From NCBI GenBank assembly GCA_965178125.1, contig OZ237746.1, positions 1,116,001 to 1,180,000 of the forward strand: a stretch of 64,000 nucleotides of DNA, in the 5' to 3' direction. Every line of letters begins with the position of its first letter. The first letter of the stretch is position 1. The DNA comes from Bilabrum cf. latius. Taxonomy: Eukaryota. The translations under genes and the position numbers were made by a program. Below are positions 36,355 through 48,832 of this stretch, one piece after another. The notes beneath the pieces are model-generated. The model saw only the letters and a program-made list of their open reading frames with translations. It made no database searches and had not been told where the DNA came from.

Positions 36355-38133
36355 TCACTGCGCCCACGCAGCTCCCAAAATTCCGTCCACCACCACCTCC
36401 GGCTTGTCCAGCGGCATGCTCAGCGAGCAGTCTGCCGCGGTGCAGTAGTGGTAGGACGCGTTCCCCGACGCGTTCGCCACCAGCCGCTCGTCCGTCTGCA
36501 TGTAAGCGGTCAGTGCCATGCGCTCGTCACACTCCTCCTGTGTCTTGGCCGGGGGCTCGTCGTTGCAGACGGCTGCGCGGGTGCGGTTCGACATGATCTG
36601 CAAAATGGGCATGCCCATCGTCTCCGGCGAGGTCTCGTTGAAGATGCCCAGGTCGTACCTGTTGATCTCCTCGTCGTACTGCGGCTTGAAAGTGAACCAC
36701 TGCACCGTCCACGTCTTGGGCATCGTGTATTGGATGCGGTACTCGTCGTACCGCTCGGGCAGCGCGTACATGCTCTCGTTGGCGGGCACGAAGATGGGCG
36801 TCAGGCCCCACGGCACGGCCAAGCCCTGAAGCAGCGCAAAGATGATCCGGCGGCCCGCCAGGTCCTGGTCCTTGTACTCGTTCATTCTCTTCTGGCTCCA
36901 GCCCTTCACGAAAGCCTCCGACTTCCACTCGATGCCCAGGCTGAACGCCTCGATGAACACGAGCCCCCGGACCAGCTCGGGCGACCGCAGGGCAAACTCG
37001 TACATGATCCCGGCACCGCCGCCCCAGCCCACCATCACGGCCTGGTTGGCCCCTTCCTCCTCCAGCAGGTGCTCCACCAGCGGCTCGTAGTACGTCATCG
37101 GGTCCACGTCCTGCCCCACGCTGTACCGGTCCGAGAAGCCCAGCCCCAGCTTGTCGAAGGAGCAGCTGCGTCGGCCTGCCTCGGCGAGACGGGCCTGAAG
37201 AGGCCAGAAATCGGCGCTGCCGTGCGATGCATCCGCATCTATGATCAGCAGCGGGTGTTCCGGACCGGCCAGCGCGGGTCCCTCGCAGTAGTACATGACC
37301 TTCTTGGTCCCACTGGCCTCCCTTGCCTCCAGGTGCACGAACTGACCGCGGGGAGGGAACGAGGCGATCCAGTGGGCCTGCTGGATGGACGCGTTGGCGA
37401 GCAGGCACGAAAACACAAGTGCCAGGGCCATGTTCACCACCAGATACCATCCCAGGCAGCAGCACCAGCACGGCCGCTGCTCCGTGTCCTGCGCCTCGGG
37501 CGTGTAGCAGGGCAGCGACTGGGAGGGCCAGGGGCCCGACTGCGAGGCATTGGCGCTGGTTTGCGACTTGGAGACTTGGTTACCGCCGTTGACTGGGGCA
37601 TGCGAGTCGTACTGTCCTTCATCTTGCGTCATTGCTGCGCTCGCTTCCGCCGTGGCCGCCGGGTGCGGCGACAGCGGAGCAGCCATGTCACCACTTTGCT
37701 AGCTCTTTCCGGGTTCGTTGACGTAGACTTTAACCAGCGACACGCACAGCAGTGATACCGCCAGCGATGCCAGTACGAAATTGTCAAAGCGCTAGTATAT
37801 CGCCTGTGTGATGGCGATCACCAGCCAGATGGCAGCTAAGATGCCGTAGTACGCGCCCTGCAGCCCGCAGCAGGAAGATGCCGCCTGAATAGATCGTGCA
37901 GCATTGTGTGCTGCAAGCAGACCGAAGAAAAACACATGCGCCGCATACCATGTCGTGGTGCCCATGTCCATCACCAGCACTGGTCCGGCATTGGCGACAT
38001 AGGCTGCCGATACAGTGGCGTACACAACCCCAAAGACAGAAAAAAGCAGCCCACCATACCAGGCAATTTCGTTGATCATGTGTGTAGGAGCTAGCGATGT
38101 GAGAAGGTACTCCTAGGGATGCGGAAGTGACAT
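36355..38133 (-). CDS. Multi-pass membrane protein with C-terminal alpha/beta-hydrolase fold
   Basis: The hydrophobic ORF 37792-38079 continues through TAGs (37792, about 37699) into ORF 36355-37686, which carries CSFDKLGLGFS, VMVGWGGGAG and VRGLVFIEA; TGA stop. Confidence 0.75.
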
Positions 38134-38294
38134 ACCCGCATCGCTCCCAACTTGAAAAATCCAACGGGCATTTCGCGGCAAATTTTCGCCGAATGGAAGG
38201 GGAACGCTCCAGAACTTTCTGCGAATCTTTCTGAACTATCAAATTTGAATGATGAAGACTTACAACGTGGCATGATCGGCCAAACACTGCCAAA

Positions 38295-41243
38295 ATGGGC
38301 GTCTCGTCCCTGTACTACGGGTTTTCGTGGGCGATTCGTGCGATAAGCATACTATCTATATCATACATTCATCCTGATGAGATTTTCTAGTCGGAAGAAA
38401 TCGCAGCTGGATGGATCAACCGGGACAGCGTGCGGGTGCCATGGGAGTTTGCGAATTCAAGCGCCCCTGCACGCTCCATCGTGGTCCCTGCGCTGGTCTC
38501 GGCCGGGCCACTATGGGTATCAGGGCTGATTTCCTCAGTCACTGCCGCGGTCGTTGGAGTTACTCACCAATTGTGGCTGCGTCGAGCCTGGTGCGTCGCT
38601 CTCACAGGACTGTGCGACGCATGCATCTGGGTAGCCTGCAGGAATGTCCGGGCGGATCCGCTCCCATGTCTCGCCATATTTGCATCGTGTTGGCCAGTGA
38701 TTGTGTTTGGAGGACACGCGTTCAGCAACACGTTGGAGGCGACCGTCGTAGCAGCTGCGATCGCATGTGTCGCATGGTATCTCCGCGCAACTGCAAATTC
38801 CGGTGCGCGCTTCACGGCACCACAACAACAAAGCAGGCAGGCAGTCGCTGCTTTGATTGGTATTGGGGGTGTAGCAGCTCTAGGGTGTGCCGTACGCATC
38901 TCATTTCCCGTGTTCGTTTCGGGGTTCGCGTGCGTGTCCCTCGGCGCCCTGTGGCTGCACGGTGCGGAATCTTCTTCTCGGGACAAAGGCACGCCCAACT
39001 CGGAAAAAGCCTCACCAGATCCGCAAGAAGTCAAGAAGGTCGATATAGGCATGCCGGTGATTGGCGATGCGAGGCCTGTTGATTGCGGCTGCTCGGCGCT
39101 GGCACGCATCGCGTGGGGAACCTGCTTGGTGCTCGTTTCCTTCGCCGCCACGACGCTGGCCATCGCAGTCGCGGATTCTATGGCTTGGGGCACTCTACAT
39201 ATTCCATATTTGCAGTCAGGTGGTCAAGGAGAAGAAGGGCTGGAGCACGCCGCCGTGCGCCCCGCTCTCCCGGTTCCTGAGGACGCCACGTCGCCCGCGC
39301 CCTCCGTCGAGCTGGCCGCGCTGGGGATCCCGGGGAACATCGGCACCGGACGCATCGTGTTTCCTACCCTGGGCAATCTGCTGTACAACCTGGACCCGGC
39401 CAAGACGGCCACGCACGGGCTGCACCCCCGCTGGACGCACGCCGCCGTGAACCTCCCCCTGCTCTTCGGGCCGGTGGCTCTCCTGTTCGCATGGAACGGG
39501 GCCCTCCTGTGCGCGCGGCTGCTGCGGGCCGGCAGCCTGCTCCAAGCCACCCGCGTGCTCCTGCGGCGGCCCCTCCGCAACGGCGCCCTCCTCTCCGGCG
39601 CCGTGTCCCTGGCCGTGCTCTCTGCAGCCAACCACCAGGAGGCCCGCTTCCTCGTGCCCATGGCCGTGCTCGTAGGGCTGGGCTGCGGGGAGTCGCTGAT
39701 GCCGGGGAACAAGAAAGGGGGTCAGAGGGACAGCCGTGGGCGAGGGGGCGATCAACAGGATGAGGATCAGGCAGCTGCCCCGCCCACGCCCACGCCCACG
39801 CCCACGCCCACGCCCACGGGGGGGGATGACTTGGACGTCGACATGGCCCTCCCCGGGATGCTGCGCGGAGTCTTGCTGGCTGCGTGGATGCTCACGAATG
39901 CGCTCGGCGTGGTGGGCTTCGGGTGGCTGCACCAGGGTGGCGTGCTGGCGGGGGCAGCAGCGGCGGGGAGGCGGGTGATTCTGGAGGAGCTGGCGAGGGC
40001 CGTGGGGGGCAGCGCTGGGGAACTAGAGGAGGAGGATAGGGGGGGGAGCGAGAGGGGCTCTGTGGTCGGTGTGATGGAGGACGAGGGGGCTTCTTCCCTC
40101 GCGATAGATGGAGGGCAGGTGGATGCCCATGGGCTGGGCAGCAGTGTGGGGATCGGGCTCGGCGGCGCGGCGGCGGCGGCGGCGGTGCTGTCCCAGATGG
40201 GCGGCAGCAGCATCGGGACTGTGCTGAGCTACAGCTCCTACACGCTGCCCAGGCACAGTGTGACGAGTGGATGGAACAAGGACTTCTCTGGCGCAGGCCT
40301 GGGCATGCTGCGGTCGGGTGCGATGGAGGAGGTGGGCGGCGGAGGCATGGACTTGGACACGGACGTGGGCGTGGGCGGGGACCTGGAAGGGAAAGGGAAT
40401 GGCGCGAGGCTGCTGATGGTTGACGCGGCCTCGCCGAGCGTGCACCGAGCATTGTAGCTCGAGTGCGCGAGGGAACCGAGGGAACAGCGGGGTGGGGGGA
40501 GCTAGCAGGCCAGCGGTAGCGAGTCAGAGTCGGAGTCAGCGTCAGCGTCAGGCTGCATCAGCGTGCCTCGGTGCGCGGGCCCTTTCTGCGACTCTAGGTT
40601 CAGGCACGACCTGAGCTTTGAGTCGGGATCTGGCTTGGATGACACCGCGAGGGGCATGGCCAGAGGCGCGGAGGGCGGTGAACAGGCGAGGTAGCCTGCT
40701 GTGTCCACGCTCGGGTTCCTAGCCTCTGGCGTGGGTGGGGGAGCCAGGGCGATCGAGATCGTGGACGTGGATGGTCCGGACGAGGGTTCGCTGCGGTTCC
40801 ACCTGGAGCGGTCGCTGTTCGGCGGCGCCGGGCTCTTGGACTCGGAATCGAGTGCCAGCGCCAGTGCCGGTGGTCATCCAGGGGCCGGGGATGAGAACCC
40901 CGCCACGCTTGTGCTGGCACCCGCCTCCGTCAGGTTGCACGTGGAGGGGGCGGCCAAGGGGGCCTGTCACGCGCACGACAGGTCAGCTGTGCTCCGGCGG
41001 CTGGAGAGCGTAGGGCCTCATTTGTCTGGGGAGGCGCCCCCTCCTCTGGGCCGCGCCCTTGCTGCCAGGCTTGGCGCGGCGTGGGCTGGAGCTGGAGCTG
41101 TGGGCCAGGGTCAGGGCCAGGGCGCTGGAGAGGGCGTGAGTGGGCTGCTCGAGGCGGCGGGGCGTGGGCTGCGGGAGGACTTGAAGGTGGCTGAGGAGAC
41201 GCTGTGGCTGGACGTGTGGAGGGTGCACTGCGAGGCAGTTTGA
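38295..41243 (+). CDS. PIGZ: GPI mannosyltransferase 4 (PIG-Z/Smp3, GT22)
   Basis: SYIHPDEIF(TAG)SEE, PWEF, FSNTLE, NLLYN..HGLHPRWTH..VNLPLLFGP, HQEARFLVP and FGWLHQGGV; four TAGs; TGA stop. Confidence 0.9.
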
Positions 41244-41488
41244 TTCGATTCGATTCGATGCGATGCGATGCGATGGAGGACACGCCTGTGCGGCAGGCGT
41301 GTCCTCTGGCGGAGGAACGCACAATGACCGGGCACGATTCCGCGTGAATACAAAAGGCGCATATCTGTAATAATATTTTGTTTTGAGCAGCAAGACTGGG
41401 CGGTGCGCTGCTGTGGTGCGCCAAAAGGAGTGTGACGAGCTCCATTCGACCCAATCTTGACGCGCATTGTATTCACTCTGCTGGCGGA

Positions 41489-44400
41489 ATGTCAGGGGCC
41501 TTTGGCCCCATATCAGGCGAGTCCCGTGTTGCATACATCTTGTCGCAGTTTCCCGATGTTCCCGGAGTGGACAAGTCCCAGGGCAGCAAATACGGAGCAA
41601 GTCGCGATCCGGCAGAACTCTCTGCAGCCGCTCGCAACCACTTGGATGGGGTTCGCGATTCCGTGTTCAGGTGAGACTGCGCAACTAGCGTTGGTGATAT
41701 GTGCAACGCATTCCGCACACGGCACGTTTCTGTTCACAATCCTCAATTTACGCCGTCCGCACAGCATGCTTCGGGTGCAGCCACAGAAGCAGCACCTGGA
41801 TGCGATCACGAAGGGGTCCTTGGCGCTTCCACCATCGACGATGAATGAAGCAATCTCATCGTGCATTGTAGGCGCGGCGCGGCGGCATCACAAGTTCAAC
41901 CCGAAGAAGACGGCAGTCGCCAAAATGAAGGGATCAGCCGCCGCGGCGATGGGCTGGCTGGGGCGGAAGCTGTTCGGCAACAATGGGGAGGAGGACGACC
42001 CTATTGGGGACCGAAGCGGTGCCTAGGGAGAAGCTGCCTCGTCGTCAGGCCCTGGTCGAGGGGGCTGGGACCGCAGCCGCCGATCGTCCGCGGCTTCTGC
42101 CACGAGCACGTACGGCGGCGCAGGTGGGACCGGTGGTGGGGCCTCTGGGGGCACGCTGGACGGCGAGGACTGCGGCGACTGCCGGGACTGGTCCCGGCCG
42201 AAGGTCTACAGCACCGTCGTGCCGCCCGAGCTGCCCCGCGAGTTCGCCGCGGGCGTCGGACGAAGGTTCTTTGGGTTCCCAAGGCCCAGAGTGCGGCCGG
42301 TCCCTGCCAGTGGCCCCCGGGCACAGGCCGAAGACAGGCGGCCCCCGCGGCCTGGCCCGTCCTCCTCGCCCTCCCCCTCGTCTGGTGGACGAGCGGGCCG
42401 CGGCGGGCCTGGTATGGAAGTAGCAGGTGCAGGGACAGGGACAGGGGCAGGGACAGGGGGGTTAGGCGGCGAGCTGGATGCTCCCGTGGACGCTGTGGAC
42501 TATCCGGACGTCCGGCTCAGTCGTTACGCTGTGGCGCTGCAGTGCGAGGCAGGCGAGGGGGAGGACGCAGCGGCGCTTCGATTCGATTTCTCCGCCCTGC
42601 GCGCGGCGCCTCCCGGTTCCGCAACCCTGCAGGGCCGGCTGCCAGGTGGAGATGCGGGCGAGAACGGTGGTATTGCGAGCCAGGGACAGGGCCACGGGCC
42701 CAGGCAGCGGCGTCGTACTCTGAGCCAGGAGGACCTGGGCCACGCGGTGGCGAGGCAGGCCGTGGCCGTGGCGGGGAGGCCCCCTCGATCCAGCTCTCCT
42801 TCTCCTCCTTCTCTGCCCTTTTCGGGCGCCTCTGCCTCCTTGGGAGGGGCAGGGGGGCCGCACTCGCCCCCCTAGGGGAGAGAGAGGGACGGAGGGAGGG
42901 AGCTCGGGCTGGGGCTGATGGAGGGAGAAAAAGGAGAAGGAAGCGCGCCGTCGTCCCCACCCGAGCCGCTGCTGCCCTCCAGAATCATGGGACTGGGGGA
43001 CACAGCCGGGCACGGGGGGTCACTCTCCCCCAGCGCGGGGGTGCTGGTCCCTGTCCGCCCGCAGCCGCCTGTTCCCTGCGTTCCAATGCAGGCCCCCGCG
43101 GCCCCCGCAGGCCACTGGGTCTCTCTGCGGCTGCGGCTGCGGAACTCGGGCGCCGCGCAGGCGACGATCCGGTGCCGCAGGCTCCTGGACTTGTCCATCC
43201 CACCCGAGTGCCTGGGCGTGCTGGAGGGCGGCTGTTCCCTGGACGACGACGGGGCCCGGAGCGTGCGATCCAGGTCGGTTGCGAGTGGGAGCAATGGCTT
43301 TGGCATGGGCATGGGCATGGGGATGGGTGTAGGGACGATGGCGGTGCACTCGGGTGGGGAGTGGGAGGCGCATTCGCAGGTCGGCGGGGCCCGGCCGCAG
43401 CTGTTCCCCTCCCGCACCACTAGCACGGAGCACTGCACTGCGGCGGTGCAGGTGCGCGTGGCCCCAGGGGGCCTGGCCGTGGACGGTCACGGTGGCCGCT
43501 CCACCCTCCGGATCGAGTGCAAGCTGCGGGAGCCCGGGTCCGTGGGGAGCGCGCTGCTGTCTCTGCAGGTGGTGGGCGGGCTGAGCCTGCCGCTGCTGCT
43601 GCACATGCGCTCCAGAAGGGCCGCGCGGCACGCCCCTCTGGAGCGACTGCCTCTGGGACTGGTGCGGCTACCAGCCGTGCCCGAGCTGGGGGCCGTGGTG
43701 GCGATGCGGAGGAGGAGCGTCGCGTCTCGGCGGGCCACTGCTGTGTCTGCAGACAGGTGGGACGGTGCGACTGGTCTGCTGGAAGGAGGAGCCGAGGTTG
43801 GGGAGGAGGCAATGGGACAGGGGGCAGGAGGGTTCGAGGGGGTCGTGGACGCCCCGTGCTGTCGCGTGCCGGTTCCCGCCTGCCTGTGTGCCCTGTGGGC
43901 CCGTGTGCTCGAGGTGCCCACTGGGCTGGCTCGGGAGGGGCTCTTCCGCACGGCGGCGGCAAGGGATAGCAGGGTCAGGCTGAGGGCCCTGGTGGACAGC
44001 GCCACGGGCTGTGGGCTGCCGGATGAGCACACCGTGCCCCTGCCCAAGCTGTCGGGTAGCACGGTGCAGGAAGGCACCGGGGGCACCGGCAGTGGTCAGG
44101 TTGGGGATGACCTTGGCCCCGAGGGCGGCGTGCTGCTGCATGCCATGCGGCACATCAACGCGAGCCCGGTGGCGTGCGCGGGTGAGATCAAGAGCCTCCT
44201 GCGAGACCTGCCGAGGAGGCTGCTGGACCCTCCGCTGGCAGGGGTGAGGGGCGGGGCCAGGGCTACGGCCCTGCGTGCGAACCAAGCACGGCTGGGGAAG
44301 GAGCTGTCCTCGCTGGAGGCCGGGCTGGCCATGCTGGAGCACAGCTTCGAGGCGCAATTGCAGGCGCAGGTGCAGACAGACAAAGCTGTGGATAAGTACA

Positions 44401-45320
44401 AGGAGGGGGGAGAAAAGAAGAAGAAGAAGAAGAAAAGGGTCGGTTTTGCGGCCATGGACGGCAGCAAGGACGAGGGCGAGGACGAGGGGGATGGGGAGGG
44501 GGAGGGGGATCAGGCGCCCCCTAGTTCCCATCCCAGTCCCCCCGCTGGTGGAGCTGGTCCCCCACTGGACCCGAGCAAGGCAGCTGCACAGGAGCTGGCC
44601 CGCGTGGCGATCGCTGCCATCGCCGCTGCTGCAGGAGTGGACCTGGGCGTGTGGGACCGGGCGCAGGGGGAGGCGCTGGCTGAGTCGCGGAGGTCTACCG
44701 AGCTGCGGCACGCGGCCGATGAGGCCCTGGCGGAGGCCCTCGCCGCAGAGAGTGTTGGTCCCCCGCTTGGGGAGGGGGCGGGGTCGGGGTCTATCGAGGA
44801 GGCCATGCTGGAGGGGGCGGCGGAGCGGCGCGGCACCATGATTCGGGAGCGAGAGGGTGGTCCTGGCAAGGCGAGGCCCGGCGTGGCAAGCGGCAGCGTT
44901 CGTGCGCCTGCGCGGGGCGGTGGTTTGTTCAAGGTGCAGGTGGGGCAGGGGATGTCCTTCCTGCGCGGGCTTGGGCGCGCACAGGCCCGCGTGCTGCTGT
45001 GGCTGGTGCACGTGGTCCGGACAGTGTGCGCGAGGAGCTCCGAGAACCGGATGTCGGTGCGGGCCATGGGCATCGTGCTGGGGCCCAACCTGGTGACCCC
45101 GCCCGTGGTGGGGGAGGGGGGTGGTCCCCTGGGTGGGGGCGGGGGCAGTCAGGCGGGGAGTGAGCGGAGCGATGGCGGCGGCGGGGGAGGGGAGGCATTC
45201 GCTCGGCTGGTCGGGGAAGAAGACGAAGCGTGGGAGGACGAGGCCCAGCCGGACCCGGCCGAGTCCCTGGCGTCGGCCAGGCGGTGCGCCAGGCTGCTCG
45301 AGCTGCTGGCAGCGTGCTGA
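41489..45320 (+). CDS. RhoGAP-domain protein; exons 41489-41670 and 41765-45320
   Basis: EGLFRTA (Arg finger), IKSLLRDLPRRLL and SENRMSVRAMGIVLGPNL; TAGs at 42024 and 42873 join the upstream ORFs; intron 41671-41764; TGA stop. Confidence 0.8.
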
Positions 45321-45374
45321 CTCGATCCATTTCATTGTTTTCAAGGATGCGCTCGTACAGGGTACAATGCCTCG

Positions 45375-48300
45375 ATGAAACGACCCGATTCACCTCTGCC
45401 CCCGGGCCGGATCTGTCCGATGGATCCGAATCCGCTGGAAAATTCACCACTTTGTGCACAATTTGGACCGGAGACACAGGACACGCGCCGTCCTGGTCCA
45501 GTTGAACGTGTGTAGCTGAGAGGTTTTACCACGCCGTAGTGTAGATGGATGCAGTTTGTGGGGTCCAGCTTCGTGGCTAAGAATTTAGATCGTGATAGCA
45601 GTGGTCAAGCGGATCTCATCAAAGAGGTGCCGACGAATACGCGGTTTGCTTACTTGTTTTGCAATACAGATGGCGGATCATTTCATGAAGTTGCTGAGAT
45701 GGTCAAGAGAAAACCAATTCAACACCTTTTACTGGACACTGGTGCCTGTGACTTTATGCAACAATTCGAGGCTACAACCGCTGGCGAGGTCATTCGCAGC
45801 ATATTGTAGAGATCTAGCGCCCTAGATTATGGGACCATTCGATTAGAACTTTGGATTGACCCACTGTTTTGGCCTGAATGCTCCACAGCTGGCCTAGCGA
45901 TATCGCGCATGTCAGAGTAGGTCATGCAGATAAGGGTGAGGTCCGATCGCCAGGTGGCTGAGCGCTCCAGTGGATTAAGTGCTACTAGGGAGATTGTGTC
46001 TCGAAGCCGCACGCGAGGATCCAAGTCCAAGAGCAAATACGCGCTGAGCGGGATGAGCCTCACCGATGCGCTGACCAATCCGTGTCGCGCGAAAGGGATC
46101 CCTCTGAACGCGTTCTGCGCGGTACTGGACGCCGTCTCGCGATGTCACGAACTCGTACACCTGACATTGCCGGATTGGAGCGATGAACGAGTCAGAGGAT
46201 CGGGAGGGGAAGATGGGGAGCCGAGTGCGACAGCAGCGCGAAATCGAGTCGAGGTTAGTATTCCAGCATCGATGGGTGTATTTAAAGAGTTTGTACAGAT
46301 GCCCACTTGCCAGTTGCGGTACCTCCGTATGGGCTGCAAGGCGCCCGATGCCCTGGAGCACCTGCGCACCGCCTTGGCTCGCAACGCGTCCATCGAGCAA
46401 CTAGAGCTCGTGGGCTGCCACAGACTGTGGGGCGAAAACCTTGACGCTATTGCAGGGATTGTGCATGGGTGCGTATCCCTGCGACGACTCTGGGTGACAG
46501 CATCACTTGGAGACTGGAGCTTGCATGACCCTGCAGAAGAGAGCGCCGACACGAGCAGTGAGATGAACAGCGGCAGCGACACGGGCGAGTTCGAACTCGA
46601 GCTCGCCCCCGAGGCGCAGGCCAGTATTGCTAGTGCCATAGCGTAGCACCCCAGACTCCGCGCCTTGCACCTCCAAGGCGTAGAGCTCCATCCGAGCGCG
46701 CTCAGAGCTTTGGTGGCGCATGCCGCCCCTCAGGCTGGCAGGGGCAGTGGCGGGAGACCCCGCCCAGGAGCCCTGAGGCAGCTGACGCTGGCCGACTTCG
46801 GGGCGACTACCAAGGGAATGACCGCACTAGCACAAGGTCTGCAATCCCCGCGGTGCGGCATCGAATCCATCGTCTTGTCGGGGGATGGGCTGGACCCTGC
46901 GAGCTACGCCGCATTGGCTGATGGTGTAGCCCGGTGCCCCACCCTCCGTGCCTTGCACTTGCAGGGGGGTCGCTGGAGTCGGGAGTAGATGGGCGCGAAC
47001 GACCCCCTACTCAGCGCTGCTTTGCAGGGAGACCCTCGAGCCTGCAGTCTCCGCAGACTTAGCACAGGCGTTGCTGTCACTGACACGTTCGTGCAGCTGG
47101 GCCGATACCTGGCTTCGCCACGGTGCGAGTTGGAATCGCTTTCAATCAACGTGATGGAGGGCTGCAATGACCCGTCTACTCTTGACACGTTGTGCAGGGG
47201 TGTAGCGGCCAATGCAAGCCTGCGGGAGCTGCGGCTGCACAATCCAAGGGGCACGCTGGCGGTTGCTCTGGTGGAGGCGATTGCCAACGGAAGTGAAGAA
47301 GGAGAATCTCGAATTGATTGCCTCAGCATGATTGAAGTGTGGGGCTGCAACCCAGAACTATACAACCCACTGAGCGCGGCACTGAGCAGGTGCACCAACT
47401 TACGGCAGCTGACGCTTGCGGGGTGCGATGCAAACTTGAGGCTGCTCGAACATACCTTGGAAGATCCAAGTGAGAGACACAGGCTGTGGGAGACGATTGC
47501 AAGGCACCAGCGCATGGAGCACCTGGACATAAGGCGGTGCGGGGTGCATGGCGATGACCTGCGGCTGCTTGTCGAGAAGTGTCGCAGCCTGAGGGTGCTG
47601 CGGCTGGGAGGCCTGGGCGTGCGCGACGTGGAGTCCTTCGTGGTCCCCGCACTGCAGTCGCTGGGGCGAGATGTCCATGCGTGTGGCTATTGCCTCAGGG
47701 GCATCGATGTGCACGTGCAAGCGCCTCTGTATACCATGCAGATGGAAGGCGGCCGGAGAGTCAAGCGCAGTGACGTCAAGGCACAGGCAGTCCAACTTGC
47801 CCTAGTCGAGGCCACCGATTCACTTCCCTTCGTGTCGATCATTGAGCCAGATACGGGGAACAGAAACGTGATGCCCTTGCCTGCGGGTTCCGTCCGAAAG
47901 GGGGCAGAGTCGAGGCAGGCCACTGCCGCCCGTTGGATGGCGGAACCTCCTGCGTGCACACGGGCAGGCGCCCTGCTTCGCATGGCCACCCACGGGCTGT
48001 GCGTGTCACCGTCTGACGCATGTGCTTATGCTTTGGCTGCGTTGAGCACCGCTCGTGCTCGCAGTGATGTGGTCGGTCTGGTCGGTCTACTGGACGACCT
48101 TGCGGACTGCTGCAACCCGCGCGTGTCTTCGTTGGACGTGCAGGGGGGCTTGGCGTGGAGAGACGAAGGGGGTATGGCTGAGGCGCTGCCATTCAATGAG
48201 TCTAGAGCGTGCGGCTGGAGCTGCAGCGCGATGGACCCCGTGCGGTAGCACGGCGTGGATGGTGTGGTCCTCTTCCGGGAAGCCATTCCGGCGAGTGTGT

Positions 48301-48707
48301 TCGGGGCCGCTGCTCTCCTGTCGGCTGGACTGTCGGCGGCCTCCGATCTCCTGGACGATCGCAGGTCTCCGTCCACTGGCGCGGGGGTTTCCTTGGCTCG
48401 TTGCGATGCGGATCGATTGCGCGAAGCGGCAGACGGCGTGCGTCGAACGCGGGCTGTCTCGCAAAAGGAGCGAATGTTGATGTGGAAGAGAGCTGTAGTG
48501 GCGGAGAGGGACGCGGGGATGGTGTTTTAGGCCGCGAGTCAGGGGTGGCCCATGGAGCTCGCCAAGAGGTTGAAGTTAGGACGGTTGGCGCGTGGGCTAG
48601 AAAAGATGGGGGTGTTGAAGGGTGGTGCAGTCGCAGGACCGCTGGAGGCAGCTCGGCTGGGTGGCCACGATGAATGCGTGCGATTGCTGGAAGATGCTCT
48701 CCGGTAA
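45375..48707 (+). CDS. RNI-like leucine-rich-repeat protein with a C-terminal ankyrin-like motif
   Basis: Repeated LxxLxL units (SIEQLEL, SLRRLWV, TLRALHL, SLRELRL, NLRQLTL); ends PLEAARLGGHDECVRLL. Five ORF fragments in one frame are joined by TAGs (8 in total); TAA stop. Start at 45375 or 45420. Confidence 0.7.
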
Positions 48708-48832
48708 CTATTACAGCCTGAAAAAGAAATATCCCGGATCGCAGTCTGTCACGAGAGACTACTCAGACATCACGCCAAGGGAAAGCCCGCCCCTAGCAAG
48801 GGGCACCAGAGGTGCCAAGGCTGCAGACTCAC

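Noticed and set aside
38388-38390. TAG as Leu, Tyr, Glu or pyrrolysine
   Set aside because: The diagnostic sites (HPDExFQ, TTIQIRK, paralog CAG, QG and QS repeats) all indicate Gln. Pyrrolysine is not known in eukaryotic nuclei and does not fit such frequent use.
41241-41276. (TTCGA)n(TGCGA)n pentamer run after the PIGZ stop
   Set aside because: A short simple repeat in a 3' region with no support for function.
26025-45344. Long antisense or off-frame ORFs (26025-28004, 36172-37755, 41861-43423, 43668-45344)
   Set aside because: They are shadow ORFs expected at high GC over real genes and carry no recognisable motifs.
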